This document shows, piece by piece, positions 1-7,795 of a stretch of DNA of 34,556 nucleotides; position 1 is the first letter of the stretch; each line of letters begins with the position of its first letter. A program made the translations under genes and the position numbers. This stretch comes from Chloroflexota bacterium (GTDB taxonomy: Bacteria; Chloroflexota; Dehalococcoidia; Lucifugimonadales; UBA1127). The notes below the pieces were generated by a model. The model ran no database searches. It saw only the letters and a program-made list of their open reading frames with translations, and had not been told where the DNA came from. Location of the stretch: the NCBI GenBank assembly GCA_028873745.1, contig JAPPNT010000027.1, forward strand, positions 10,793-45,348, read 5' to 3'.

Positions 1-570
1 GCGCCAGTCGACGTCTTCATCGCGGCGGGTCCCGGCCCCATGGACGTCCTGGAGGCCGAGGGCCTGGTCGCCCCGCGCACCCGCTTCGACCTCGTCGGCA
101 ACTCGCTCGTGCTCGCCGTGCCGGTCGAACTGGAGGACGAGATCGCGCACCCCGAGGACCTGCTGCGCGACGATGTCTCCCGATTCTCGATGGGTGACCC
201 CGCTCTTGCCCCCTCCGGCGTGTACACGCAGGAGGCGCTGGAGGGGCTGGGTCTCTGGGAGGACCTGTTGCCCAAGCGGCTCCTTGGCGCCAACGTGCGG
301 ACAGCGCTCATGTACATAACGTCGGGCACAGCGGACGCGGCTATCGTCTACTCTTCCGACGCGCTGGGCGTGCCGGACGTCCGCGTGGTCTGGCGCTTCC
401 CCGACGACAGCCATTCGCCCGTGCGCTATCCGGCCGCAGCCCTCGCCGGCGCCGACAATCCCGAGGGCGCGGCCTCATTCCTCGCGTTCCTGCGGACGGA
501 GGAGGCGCAGGCCCCCTTCCGCGCCGAGGGCTTCCGGCCCGCCCCGGACGGGGCGTCTTCGTCCCCGTAG
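1..570 (+). CDS. modA: Molybdate ABC transporter substrate-binding protein, C-terminal part (5' end lies outside the window)
   Basis: Frame 1 is open from base 1 (APVDVFIAAGPGPMDVLEAEGL...). The stretch ...GDPALAPSGVYTQEALEGLGLW...NVRTALMYITSGTADAAIVYSSDA... looks like ModA. modB and modC follow directly. Stop TAG at 568-570. Confidence 0.85.
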   Translation, partial: APVDVFIAAGPGPMDVLEAEGLVAPRTRFDLVGNSLVLAVPVELEDEIAHPEDLLRDDVSRFSMGDPALAPSGVYTQEALEGLGLWEDLLPKRLLGANVRTALMYITSGTADAAIVYSSDALGVPDVRVVWRFPDDSHSPVRYPAAALAGADNPEGAASFLAFLRTEEAQAPFRAEGFRPAPDGASSSP

Positions 571-656
571 GAGCCTTGCGCCACAGACCTCCGCCTTGGC
601 ACGGACACCCGCACCCGCTACCATTTGTGCATCCCCCGGCGAAAGGGTGTCTCGTA

Positions 657-1325
657 TTGCCAACGCCTGAAGAGTATTCCGTCCTCTTCCTCTCGGTGCG
701 CGTGGCCCTCGTTGGCACGCTCCTTGGCCTGCCCATCGGGCTCGCGGTGGCGTGGGCGCTGGCGAAGACCGCAATGCGCGGCAAGGTTGTGCTGGACACC
801 CTCGTGTCCTTTCCCCTCGTCCTTCCGCCCGTCGTGACCGGCTACGCGCTGCTCCTCTTCCTCGGGCGCAACGGCCCGCTGGCGGGGTTGCAGGAGAGCC
901 TCGACGTCGAGCTCCTCTTTACGTGGTTCGCCGCCGCGATGGCTGCGGGACTCGTCGCGCTGCCGCTCATGGTGCGCTCGATGGAGGTCGCGATGGCCGG
1001 GGTCGACCCGCGCCTCGAGACCGCCGCCCGCACCCTCGGCGCGAGCCGGTGGAAGGTCTTCACCGGCGTCACCGTGCCCCTCGCCTTCCGCGGCATCACG
1101 GCGGGCACGCTGCTGGCCTTCGCCCGCGGCCTCGGCGAGTTCGGCGCGACCATCGTCGTCGCGGGCAACATCCCCGGCTCGACGCAGACGCTCCCCCTCG
1201 CCATCTACACCAACCTGCAGACCGGCAATGACGACGCGGCCGTGCGCTTCATCGTCTTCTCCCTCGCGCTGGCGCTAGCCGCCCTGCTCGTCCACCGCTG
1301 GCTGCTGAGAAAGGCGGCGGTGTAA
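657..1325 (+). CDS. modB: Molybdate ABC transporter permease
   Basis: Polytopic membrane protein with the ABC-permease EAA-like region (...ETAARTLGASRWKVFTGVTVPLAFRGI...), sitting between modA and modC. The track ORF starts at TTG 576, but the first 27 residues are His/Pro-rich and not ModB-like. TTG 657 (MPTPEEYSVLFLSVRVA...) gives a typical length of about 222 aa. The start is uncertain. Confidence 0.8.
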   Translation: MPTPEEYSVLFLSVRVALVGTLLGLPIGLAVAWALAKTAMRGKVVLDTLVSFPLVLPPVVTGYALLLFLGRNGPLAGLQESLDVELLFTWFAAAMAAGLVALPLMVRSMEVAMAGVDPRLETAARTLGASRWKVFTGVTVPLAFRGITAGTLLAFARGLGEFGATIVVAGNIPGSTQTLPLAIYTNLQTGNDDAAVRFIVFSLALALAALLVHRWLLRKAAV

Positions 1326-1327
1326 CT

Positions 1328-2419
1328 ATGGGCGAGCCGTTTCTGGAGCTGCACTTCCGCAAGAGCTACCCGGACTTCACCTTGGAGCTCGACGCCTCGC
1401 TGACCGCGGGCATCACCGCCGTTTTCGGGCCGTCCGGCAGCGGCAAGAGCACGACGCTGAACTGCATCGCGGGCACGACGCGGCCGGACTCGGGCACGCT
1501 CCACCTCTGGGACCGCACCCTCTTCTCGAAGGAGAACCGATTCCTGCCCGTCAACCGGCCGCCGGAGAAACGGCGCGTCGGGTACGTGCACCAGGACGGG
1601 CTCCTCTTCCCGCATCTGCGCGTGCGAGAAAACATTCTCTACGGCTACAACCACACGCCCAGGCACCGGCGTTACCTGCAGCCCAACGACCTCGTCCGGA
1701 TCCTGGAGGTCGAGCCGCTGCTGCACCGCATGCCCGCCACGCTGTCTGGCGGGGAGCGGCAGCGCGTCGCCCTGGCCCGCGCGCTGGCGGCGTCGCCGGA
1801 GGTGCTCCTGCTCGACGAGCCCCTTGCCTCCCTCGACCTGCCGTCGCGGGGGCGGATCCTGCGCCGGCTGCGCGCCGTCCACAACCAGACGGGCATTCCG
1901 ATGGTCTACGTCTCGCACGCGCTCTCGGAGGTGACGGCCATCGCGGAGCAGGCCCTCGTGCTCGACCGTGGCCGGCAGGTCGCCCTCGACGCGCCGAGGC
2001 GCGTGCTCCACCAGCAGCCCGTGCTGCCCCTGCTGGAGCCCGCGCACATGGAGACGCTGCTGGAGGGACGGGTAGTGGGACAGCACACCGAGAGCGGGCT
2101 GACGGAGGCGTCCTTTGCGGGTTTCACACTGTGGCTGCCAGCGGTCGACCGCGAGAAGGGCGAGGAGATCGCCGTCGCCGTGCCCGCGTCCGACGTCATG
2201 GTCGCCGCGGAGCCGCCGCACGGCCTCAGCGCCCGCAACGTCCCCCGCGCGACTGTGCCCGCACTCGACCGGGTGGGGGACAGCGTGCTGGTGGCGGCGG
2301 AGGCGGGCGCGACGATCCTCGCGGCGGTCTCGCCGGAGGCGTCGTCGTCGCTGGAGCTGCGGCCCGGCTCGGAGGTGAGCCTTGTGCTCAAGTCCAGCAG
2401 CATCATCGTGCTGGGCTAG
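1328..2419 (+). CDS. modC: Molybdate ABC transporter ATP-binding protein with C-terminal TOBE/Mop-like domain
   Basis: Walker A GPSGSGKST, ABC signature LSGGERQRVALARAL, Walker B LLLDEP. A C-terminal extension of about 120 aa is typical of ModC. ATG lies 2 nt after the modB stop. Confidence 0.85.
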   Translation: MGEPFLELHFRKSYPDFTLELDASLTAGITAVFGPSGSGKSTTLNCIAGTTRPDSGTLHLWDRTLFSKENRFLPVNRPPEKRRVGYVHQDGLLFPHLRVRENILYGYNHTPRHRRYLQPNDLVRILEVEPLLHRMPATLSGGERQRVALARALAASPEVLLLDEPLASLDLPSRGRILRRLRAVHNQTGIPMVYVSHALSEVTAIAEQALVLDRGRQVALDAPRRVLHQQPVLPLLEPAHMETLLEGRVVGQHTESGLTEASFAGFTLWLPAVDREKGEEIAVAVPASDVMVAAEPPHGLSARNVPRATVPALDRVGDSVLVAAEAGATILAAVSPEASSSLELRPGSEVSLVLKSSSIIVLG

Positions 2420-2422
2420 ACG

Positions 2423-2638
2423 CTAGGCTCCCGTGCGCCGGCCCGCGACGCCCTCGGTGAAGAAGTAGACCGTGAGTCCGAAACCCATCATCATCAGCCC
2501 AACGCCGCCCATGACGTAAATGATCCCCGGACGCCCCTCGGCGATGACCGCGATGAGCACGGCCAGTCCGAACAACGCTCCCCCGAGGGACAGCAGGAAG
2601 CGGGGCGCGTACTTCAGGATGTCTTCCGGCTGTATCAC
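2423..2638 (-). CDS. Small hypothetical membrane protein (two predicted TM helices)
   Basis: 71 aa with two hydrophobic stretches (FLLSLGGALFGLAVLIAVIA; VMGGVGLMMMGFGLTVYFF). The GTG start overlaps the hemQ stop as GTGA, which indicates translational coupling. No family recognised. Confidence 0.5.
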   Translation of the reverse strand: MIQPEDILKYAPRFLLSLGGALFGLAVLIAVIAEGRPGIIYVMGGVGLMMMGFGLTVYFFTEGVAGRRTGA

Positions 2639-3345
2639 CCGATTCCTCGCAGGATGTCGTCCAGCCCCCGGGCGATGCAGGTGAATATGGGCGTGTCCCG
2701 CTCCGTGTACGGCCGGGCCTCCGCTTCACGCAGCTCCATCAGCAGGTCCAGGAACTCGTCGATGTTGGACACGTCGAAGGCCACCACGTGCTCCTGGTCG
2801 TCGATGCCGAAAGAGTACGTCGTGTTGTTGCGCACGCCCGGGTACTTGTGCCCGATGGCGAAGTGCTGGTTCATCATCTCCTGCCGCCGCTCCAGCGGAA
2901 GCTGGTACCACTCAGCCGTCTTCACGAAGGGGTAGACGACAAGGTACGGGTGGTCGGGGCTCTGCGGCCGGATCGCCTTCGCGCGCCCCTCCTGCCCCGC
3001 GTGCACGTGGTCGTCAACGTACGGCGACGGCCGTGTCAGCGAGAGGTACGAGTGTGCCGTCCGCAGGTATTTTCCGAGGCCCGTGCCGTTCACCGCCGCC
3101 GCAAACTCCTGCATGCCGTCGAGCGTCCACCCAAGCAGCCACAGCAGGAAGTCGGCGTCTCTGCGCAACCCCACCAGCGAATACGTGCGCACCTCTATGC
3201 GGTCGGAGAACTCGCCCACCATGGCGGAGAACTCGCGGCGGTGGTCGTCGCGCTCGGCGTCGGACAGGCGGCGCCATGCGGGGTCCACCTGGTAGAAGTT
3301 GTACTTCACCACCTGCCGGCGCATCGTGGGCTGTGCCTCGGTCAT
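2635..3345 (-). CDS. hemQ: Chlorite-dismutase-family protein, probable coproheme decarboxylase
   Basis: ...KYNFYQVDPAWRRL...LVVYPFVKTAEWYQLPLERRQEMMNQHFAIGHKYPGVRNNTTYSFGIDDQEHVVAFD... is typical of HemQ/ChdC. I chose ATG 3345 (MTEAQPTMRRQ...) because GGAGGG lies 5-10 nt upstream. The 57 residues further upstream in the track ORF are not family-like. Confidence 0.8.
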   Translation of the reverse strand: MTEAQPTMRRQVVKYNFYQVDPAWRRLSDAERDDHRREFSAMVGEFSDRIEVRTYSLVGLRRDADFLLWLLGWTLDGMQEFAAAVNGTGLGKYLRTAHSYLSLTRPSPYVDDHVHAGQEGRAKAIRPQSPDHPYLVVYPFVKTAEWYQLPLERRQEMMNQHFAIGHKYPGVRNNTTYSFGIDDQEHVVAFDVSNIDEFLDLLMELREAEARPYTERDTPIFTCIARGLDDILRGIG

Positions 3346-3434
3346 CCCGCCCTCCAGTGGATGCCTGCCCTCGCGGGCAGGGTCGGCTACCATTATAGCT
3401 GCTGGCGGCAATCGCCCGCGCAATTGGTCATCGC

Positions 3435-3463
3435 TTGACACGCCAGCTACGGAACCATAGACT
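3435..3463 (+). promoter_or_regulatory. Sigma-70-type promoter: TTGACA, 17 nt spacer, TAGACT
   Basis: TTGACA at 3435-3440, exact 17-nt spacer, TAGACT at 3458-3463. It lies in the hemQ/sir divergent intergenic region and points toward sir. Confidence 0.45.
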
Positions 3464-3472
3464 AGCGGCACT

Positions 3473-3523
3473 ATGGTGACTGCACCAGTCAACAACTGTT
3501 GCCGCCGACTGCACACGGGGTAG
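3473..3523 (+). CDS. Candidate leader peptide MVTAPVNNCCRRLHTG (tandem Cys codons)
   Basis: ATG at 3473 lies 9 nt after the -10 hexamer and has no SD, so it is near-leaderless. Codons 9-10 are TGT TGC (3497-3502). Stop TAG at 3521-3523, 22 nt before an intrinsic terminator. Too short for coding statistics, so the call rests on context only. Confidence 0.35.
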   Translation: MVTAPVNNCCRRLHTG

Positions 3524-3545
3524 CCGAAATCCGATTCCGGTGCAG

Positions 3546-3581
3546 CCCCGCTCGCCGATGATCTGAGCGGGGTTTTGTTTT
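3546..3581 (+). terminator. Intrinsic terminator/attenuator hairpin inside the sir 5' leader
   Basis: CCCCGCTC (3546-3553), 11-nt loop, GAGCGGGG (3565-3572), then TTTTGTTTT (3573-3581). It sits between the promoter at 3435-3463 and the sir ATG at 3603. It is not oriented as a terminator for any minus-strand gene. Confidence 0.55.
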
Positions 3582-3602
3582 GGAGGCCATTGAGGAGGGA
3601 CC

Positions 3603-5369
3603 ATGACCACGACAGACAGCCGATGGAAGCCCAACGTCATCATCCCCGTGCTTCCTGAGGAGATCGACCACTTCGACAACGAGGCCAAGCGCTTCCGCTC
3701 CGGCGACCTCGACGCCGCCGAGTTCCGCGCCTTCCGCCTGCGCCAGGGCGTCTACGGCCAGCGCCAGCCCGACAACCAGATGATGCGCGTCAAGGTGCCC
3801 CTCGGCCGCATGACGCCCGACCAGCTCGAGTCCCTTGGCCGCATTGCCCGGGACTACACGCCGCTCAAGCGCGGCCACATCACCACTCGCGAGAACGTCC
3901 AGTACCACTTCCTCAACCTGGACGACGCCGCGGAAGTCATGCGCACGCTGGGCTCGACGGGCCTCGGCAGCCGCGAGGCGTGCGGCAACACCGTCCGCAA
4001 TGTCACGAGCTGCCCCCTGACCGGCGTCTGCCCGGAGGAGGTCTTTGACCCCAGCCCGTACGCCGTCGCCTACGTTCGCAACTTTGTGCGCCGCGACTTC
4101 ACCAACAACATGCCCCGCAAGTGGAAGACGGCCTTTTCCGGCTGCACCCACGACTGGGTGATGACCGCCATCCACGACATCGGCTTCCACGCGGTCATTC
4201 GCGAGGTGGACGGCGTCGAGCGCAAGGGCTTCCGCATCGTCGTTGGCGGCGGCACCAGCATCCAGCCGCTCATCGCCCAGGAGCTCTACGAGTTCGTGCC
4301 CGTCGAGGACTTCCTCAAGGTCTCTGAGGCGTGCCTGCGGGTATTCAACGCCGCGGACGAGCTCCGCAAGAACAAGATGAAGGCCCGCGTCAAGGTCCTC
4401 ATCAACCGCATCGGCATCGACGCCTTCCGTGAGATGGTCGAGAAGGTCATGGAAGAGGAGCTCGCCGACGTCACTTACGACCTGGATGAGCTGTCCGCCG
4501 GTGAGTACGAGGACCCGACTCCTCCGCCGCCCGCCGACTACCCGCCCTTCCCGAATGACGACCCCGCCTTCGAGCGCTGGCTGGGCAGCAATGTCATCGC
4601 GCAGAAGCAGGACGGCTACAGCGCGGTGTTCATCAAGCTGCGCCTCGGCAACGTCACCGACGAGCAGTTCTTCCAGCTTGCGGACATCTCCCGCGACCTC
4701 GCCGGCAGCATCCGCATGACGTTGCGGCAGGACATGACGCTGCAGTGGGTGCCCAACAACGCCCTCCACGCCCTGTACGAGAAGCTCGCCGCCGTCGGCA
4801 TGGCCGAGCCCGGCGCCAACGAGCTCTCCGACGTCGTATCCTGCCCCGGCACCGAGAGCTGCTCGCTTGGCATCACCTCGTCGCAGGGCTTGGCCGGCAA
4901 TCTTTGGGACGCCCTGAGTGAGTACAAGTCCCACGACGAGCTTGCCCGCAACATCCGCATCAACATCTCCGGTTGCCCGGACGGCTGCGGTCAGCACCAC
5001 CTCGGCAACATCGGCTTCCACGGCGCCGCCATCAAGGTCGGCAGCGCCCAGGTGCCCGCCTACGAGGTCTACATCGGCGGCAGCCAGATCAAGCCCGTCC
5101 GCATCGGCCAGCACCTGCGCGTGAAGGTCCCCTCCAAGCGCATCGAGGAGGCCATCAAGCTCATCGTCGACGACTACGTGGAGAACCGGAACGACGGCGA
5201 GATCTTCAACGACTACGTCGACCGCATCGGCGCTGCGTCCTACGAGGATCTCCTGAAGCCCGTCTCCACCGTCCCCGAGCTCGGCCGCGAGACCATCCAC
5301 TACTACATCGACTGGAACCGCGACGTCCTCTACAAGGTGGAGCGCGGCGAGGGTGAGTGCGCGGCGTAG
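3603..5369 (+). CDS. Ferredoxin-dependent sulfite/nitrite reductase (siroheme/4Fe-4S, SirA/NirA family)
   Basis: 588 aa with two nitrite/sulfite reductase repeats. Cluster/siroheme cysteine motifs SCPGTESCSLG and ISGCPDGCGQHHLGNIGFHG. SD GAGGAGGGA upstream of the ATG. Sulfite is favoured over nitrite only by the Cys-codon leader context. Confidence 0.85.
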   Translation: MTTTDSRWKPNVIIPVLPEEIDHFDNEAKRFRSGDLDAAEFRAFRLRQGVYGQRQPDNQMMRVKVPLGRMTPDQLESLGRIARDYTPLKRGHITTRENVQYHFLNLDDAAEVMRTLGSTGLGSREACGNTVRNVTSCPLTGVCPEEVFDPSPYAVAYVRNFVRRDFTNNMPRKWKTAFSGCTHDWVMTAIHDIGFHAVIREVDGVERKGFRIVVGGGTSIQPLIAQELYEFVPVEDFLKVSEACLRVFNAADELRKNKMKARVKVLINRIGIDAFREMVEKVMEEELADVTYDLDELSAGEYEDPTPPPPADYPPFPNDDPAFERWLGSNVIAQKQDGYSAVFIKLRLGNVTDEQFFQLADISRDLAGSIRMTLRQDMTLQWVPNNALHALYEKLAAVGMAEPGANELSDVVSCPGTESCSLGITSSQGLAGNLWDALSEYKSHDELARNIRINISGCPDGCGQHHLGNIGFHGAAIKVGSAQVPAYEVYIGGSQIKPVRIGQHLRVKVPSKRIEEAIKLIVDDYVENRNDGEIFNDYVDRIGAASYEDLLKPVSTVPELGRETIHYYIDWNRDVLYKVERGEGECAA

Positions 5370-5388
5370 CCTCGTCTCCAGGAAAAGC

Positions 5389-5420
5389 GAAGAGGGTCCC
5401 CTCCACAGGGGACCCTCTTC
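5389..5420. terminator. Bidirectional intrinsic terminator between convergent genes
   Basis: Perfect 14-bp stem GAAGAGGGTCCCCT / AGGGGACCCTCTTC with loop CCAC. Flanked by GGAAAAGC upstream and ATTTCT downstream, so it has a U-rich tail on either strand. Confidence 0.65.
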
Positions 5421-5439
5421 ATTTCTGCATTGTCGGTGG

Positions 5440-5817
5440 CTACCGGCGGAAGCGCCGCGTCAGCTTGTCCCAGAACGACGGCCCGCCGGGCGGCGAGTCG
5501 TACTCCACCGGCTTGCCGCGCCAGTGCAGCTTGTTGTCGGCCCGGTCGGCACGGACGAAGAAGAACGCGTACCCGATCACGCCGGCGACAAGCGCGGACC
5601 ACAGAAAGGCGGTCGCGAGCGTGCCGTCGAAGATGAGCGCGAAGGTGAGCAGGAGAGCCACGGCAGCGATGATGATGCGGCCGGGCGTGATGAGGTTGCC
5701 CGTGCCGGCGGGGCGCTCGGTCTTTGGCCGCCCCGAGCGCCTGGGCCGGGAGTGCGGGGCCTGCGCCTCGGACTGCTCCAGGATCTCTTCGATCTCTTGC
5801 TGGAATCGCTCTGGCAT
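5440..5817 (-). CDS. Hypothetical membrane protein (charged N-terminus, two TM helices)
   Basis: MPERFQQEIEEILEQSEAQ..., then IIIAAVALLLTFALIF and AFLWSALVAGVIGYAFFFV. ATG 5817 is preceded by GGGGGTGG. The track start at 5868 is also possible. No family recognised. Confidence 0.5.
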   Translation of the reverse strand: MPERFQQEIEEILEQSEAQAPHSRPRRSGRPKTERPAGTGNLITPGRIIIAAVALLLTFALIFDGTLATAFLWSALVAGVIGYAFFFVRADRADNKLHWRGKPVEYDSPPGGPSFWDKLTRRFRR

Positions 5818-5953
5818 CGCCCACCCCCTGGGCTCCGCACCTGTGCCATTGTCCCCGGAGCCCTGCAATTGCGAAGACGCCGGATGGGAAGATAGTAGAA
5901 GCGCTGCTCCCTGAGTTTGCGCCGCCGCCCGCCACGAGCAGCGGTGCCTATAC

Positions 5954-5963
5954 CCGAATCGTA
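5954..5963 (-). repeat. Partial inverted copy (CTACGATTCG) of the 14-mer repeat ACAGCTACGATTCG
   Basis: The plus strand reads CGAATCGTAG, the reverse complement of the 10-nt core found at 7689-7698, 7745-7754 and 21024-21033. Intergenic. A single 10-mer match is weak on its own. Confidence 0.3.
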
Positions 5964-6130
5964 GTCACAATAGGCGTCAAGTGTCAAGATTTTGTATAAC
6001 CCCATATGCATGTTGCGGCAGGTGCGAAACAAGAGAGTTTGGCCCAAACCGTGACGCCGCTTCCAACGCAAGCCAGACGCCTGTCGAGTACACTGGGCGC
6101 ATCCACATCGCAAACCACCGGGAAGGAAGC

Positions 6131-7543
6131 ATGGCGACTGACCAGGCCGCATTTGCACGCCGCGTTTACCCCCTTGATCCACGGGAGGTCTCCGAGGAGG
6201 AGCTTGCCGTCGTCTTCGCCATGACATCGCGCCGCCCCGAGCCCTTCGACGAGATCAAGGAGATGGTGACGGCCGAGAAGGCGTCGGACTTCCACGAGCG
6301 CTGGGTTCTCGGCTACGGCCACGCCTCCGTCGCCGAGCATGCCGTCGTCCACCTGGCCGTGGAGAACGTCTCCCGGCTCGCGTGTGACACACTGGAGGAC
6401 AACCGACTCGCCTCCTACACGGAGAAGTCCTCCCGCTACCAGGTGCTGGAGCGTGACGCCTTCTACACGCCGCCCGAGCTCGATGACGCGCCCGACCTCC
6501 GCGAGTCCTACACCGCGGCCTGCCGCCGTCTGTTCGACGTCTACCACGACCTCGTCGAGCGCACGCAGGAATACCTCGCCTCTGTGCACCCGCAGCGCGA
6601 GGGTGAGCGCGACGGCGGGTACCGCCTCCGCCTCCGCCGCATCGCCACCGATGCCTGCCGCTTCGTGCTCCCCGCCTCGACGCTGACCAACGTCGGCGTC
6701 ACTATGAACACGCGCTCCCTGGAGCACGCCGTCCGCAAGCTCCTCTCCTCCGACCTGCAGGAGGAGCGCGAGCTCGGCGAGGAGCTGAAGGAACAGGCTA
6801 GGACGATCACGCCAACCCTCGTTCGCTACGCCGACCGCAACGAGTACATCGTCCGCAACCGCGAGGCCCTGCAGGCGCAATCGGCTGTCCTGCAACCGGC
6901 GTCCTCGGCCCCGGCCGCCGGCGCCCGCTCCGTCGAGGCCCGCCTCGTCGACTACCCACGCGACGCCGAGGACCGCATCGTCGCCGCCCTCCTGTACCGC
7001 AATGCCCGCGAGCCGTACGAGACCGTCCGCGCCCGCGCCGAGGCCCTCTCCTCCGGGGAGCGCGAGGCCGTCATCGCCGCCGCCCTCGATTCGCTCGGCC
7101 CCCACGACGCCACGGTGCGGGAGCTGGAGCAGGTGGAGTATACCTTCGAATACCTGATGGACTACGGCGCCTACCGCGAGTTCAAGCGCCACCGCATGCA
7201 GTCATACCTCCCGCAGCCCCTCACCGTCGCCGAGGGGTACGTGGAGCCGGAGCTCTTCCCCGAGAGCGGCCTCTCGGACGCCCACCGTGAGGCAATGGAC
7301 GTGTCCGCAGAGGCGTACGCCTGCGTCGCGGCCCTGTCGCCCCGCCTCGCCGAGTACGTCGTCACCCACGCCCATCTGCGGCGCGTCGTCACGCGCATGA
7401 ACCTGCGCGAGTGCTATCACTACTTCAAGCTCCGCACGCAGCCGCAGGCGCACTTCACCATCCGCGAGGCGGCGCAGCAGGCCATGGACGCCGTCCGGGA
7501 GGTCCACCCGCTGCTCCTTCAGTTCATCAACCTGCGGGAGTGA
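6131..7543 (+). CDS. thyX: FAD-dependent thymidylate synthase, tandem (two Thy1-like halves) form
   Basis: The N-half has GYGHASVAEH and ...NRLASYTEKSSRYQ. The C-half has ...YREFKRHRMQSY... 470 aa is about twice a canonical ThyX. ATG 6131 is preceded by GGAAGGAAG. The upstream 50 residues of the track ORF are not family-like. Confidence 0.8.
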   Translation: MATDQAAFARRVYPLDPREVSEEELAVVFAMTSRRPEPFDEIKEMVTAEKASDFHERWVLGYGHASVAEHAVVHLAVENVSRLACDTLEDNRLASYTEKSSRYQVLERDAFYTPPELDDAPDLRESYTAACRRLFDVYHDLVERTQEYLASVHPQREGERDGGYRLRLRRIATDACRFVLPASTLTNVGVTMNTRSLEHAVRKLLSSDLQEERELGEELKEQARTITPTLVRYADRNEYIVRNREALQAQSAVLQPASSAPAAGARSVEARLVDYPRDAEDRIVAALLYRNAREPYETVRARAEALSSGEREAVIAAALDSLGPHDATVRELEQVEYTFEYLMDYGAYREFKRHRMQSYLPQPLTVAEGYVEPELFPESGLSDAHREAMDVSAEAYACVAALSPRLAEYVVTHAHLRRVVTRMNLRECYHYFKLRTQPQAHFTIREAAQQAMDAVREVHPLLLQFINLRE

Positions 7544-7563
7544 GCGTCCCGCCACCCCTTCCC

Positions 7564-7609
7564 CTCTGACACCCTCCCATTGCGCCCCCGTTTTCCCCCC
7601 GCTACCCTC
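7564..7609 (+). repeat. Repeat block CTCTGACACC-(25 nt)-CCGCTACCCTC, paralogous to 20822-20868
   Basis: Both 10- and 11-nt anchors recur in the same order at 20822-20868. Start-to-start spacing is 35 nt here and 36 nt there. Both copies are intergenic. Confidence 0.6.
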
Positions 7610-7684
7610 GTCCTGTGAACAGGCAGCGCCACCAACCCGGCATGCGGCGGGGGCGGGTTCCGACGATGCTCACGGCGCACCGGT

Positions 7685-7728
7685 ACAGCTACGATTCGTT
7701 TCAAAAATTTTTGCAAAAATCGTAGCTG
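7685..7728. repeat. 14-mer copy 1 (ACAGCTACGATTCG, 7685-7698) embedded in a ~42-nt AT-rich near-palindrome
   Basis: CAGCTACGATT (7687-7697) pairs with AATCGTAGCTG (7718-7728). The centre contains the perfect palindrome CAAAAATTTTTG. Confidence 0.7.
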
Positions 7729-7740
7729 CAAACCCCCGCA

Positions 7741-7771
7741 ACAGCTACGATTCGATTTTGGAAGTCGAATC
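7741..7771 (+). repeat. 14-mer copy 2 (ACAGCTACGATTCG, 7741-7754) plus GATTCGA/TCGAATC inverted repeat
   Basis: Exact 14-mer. GATTCGA at 7749-7755 and TCGAATC at 7765-7771 form a 7-bp inverted repeat. Confidence 0.65.
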
Positions 7772-7795
7772 CCCCCACCCCGAGGAAAATCGAAG

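Noticed and set aside
2417-2425. Convergent gene ends with almost no spacer or a 4-bp overlap (modC and the small membrane gene; 10192-10195; 23811-23814), considered as possible antisense-regulation sites.
   Set aside because: Tight convergent packing is common in compact GC-rich genomes, and no extra structure is visible at these junctions. Not distinctive enough to report as a finding.
3489-5300. 603-aa ORF antisense to the sulfite reductase gene. Similar long antisense ORFs occur at 1205-2221, 5984-7192, 10642-11487, 14818-15525, 25853-27505, 28908-30230 and 30810-32357.
   Set aside because: These are shadow ORFs, typical of GC-rich DNA. Their translations are Ala/Gly/Arg/Val/Asp/Leu low-complexity with no recognisable motifs. 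The opposite strand encodes clearly recognisable proteins in every case.
6036-6048. Palindrome GTTTGG-C-CCAAAC upstream of thyX as a possible operator.
   Set aside because: A 6-bp inverted repeat is expected several times by chance in a window this size, and there is no supporting context.
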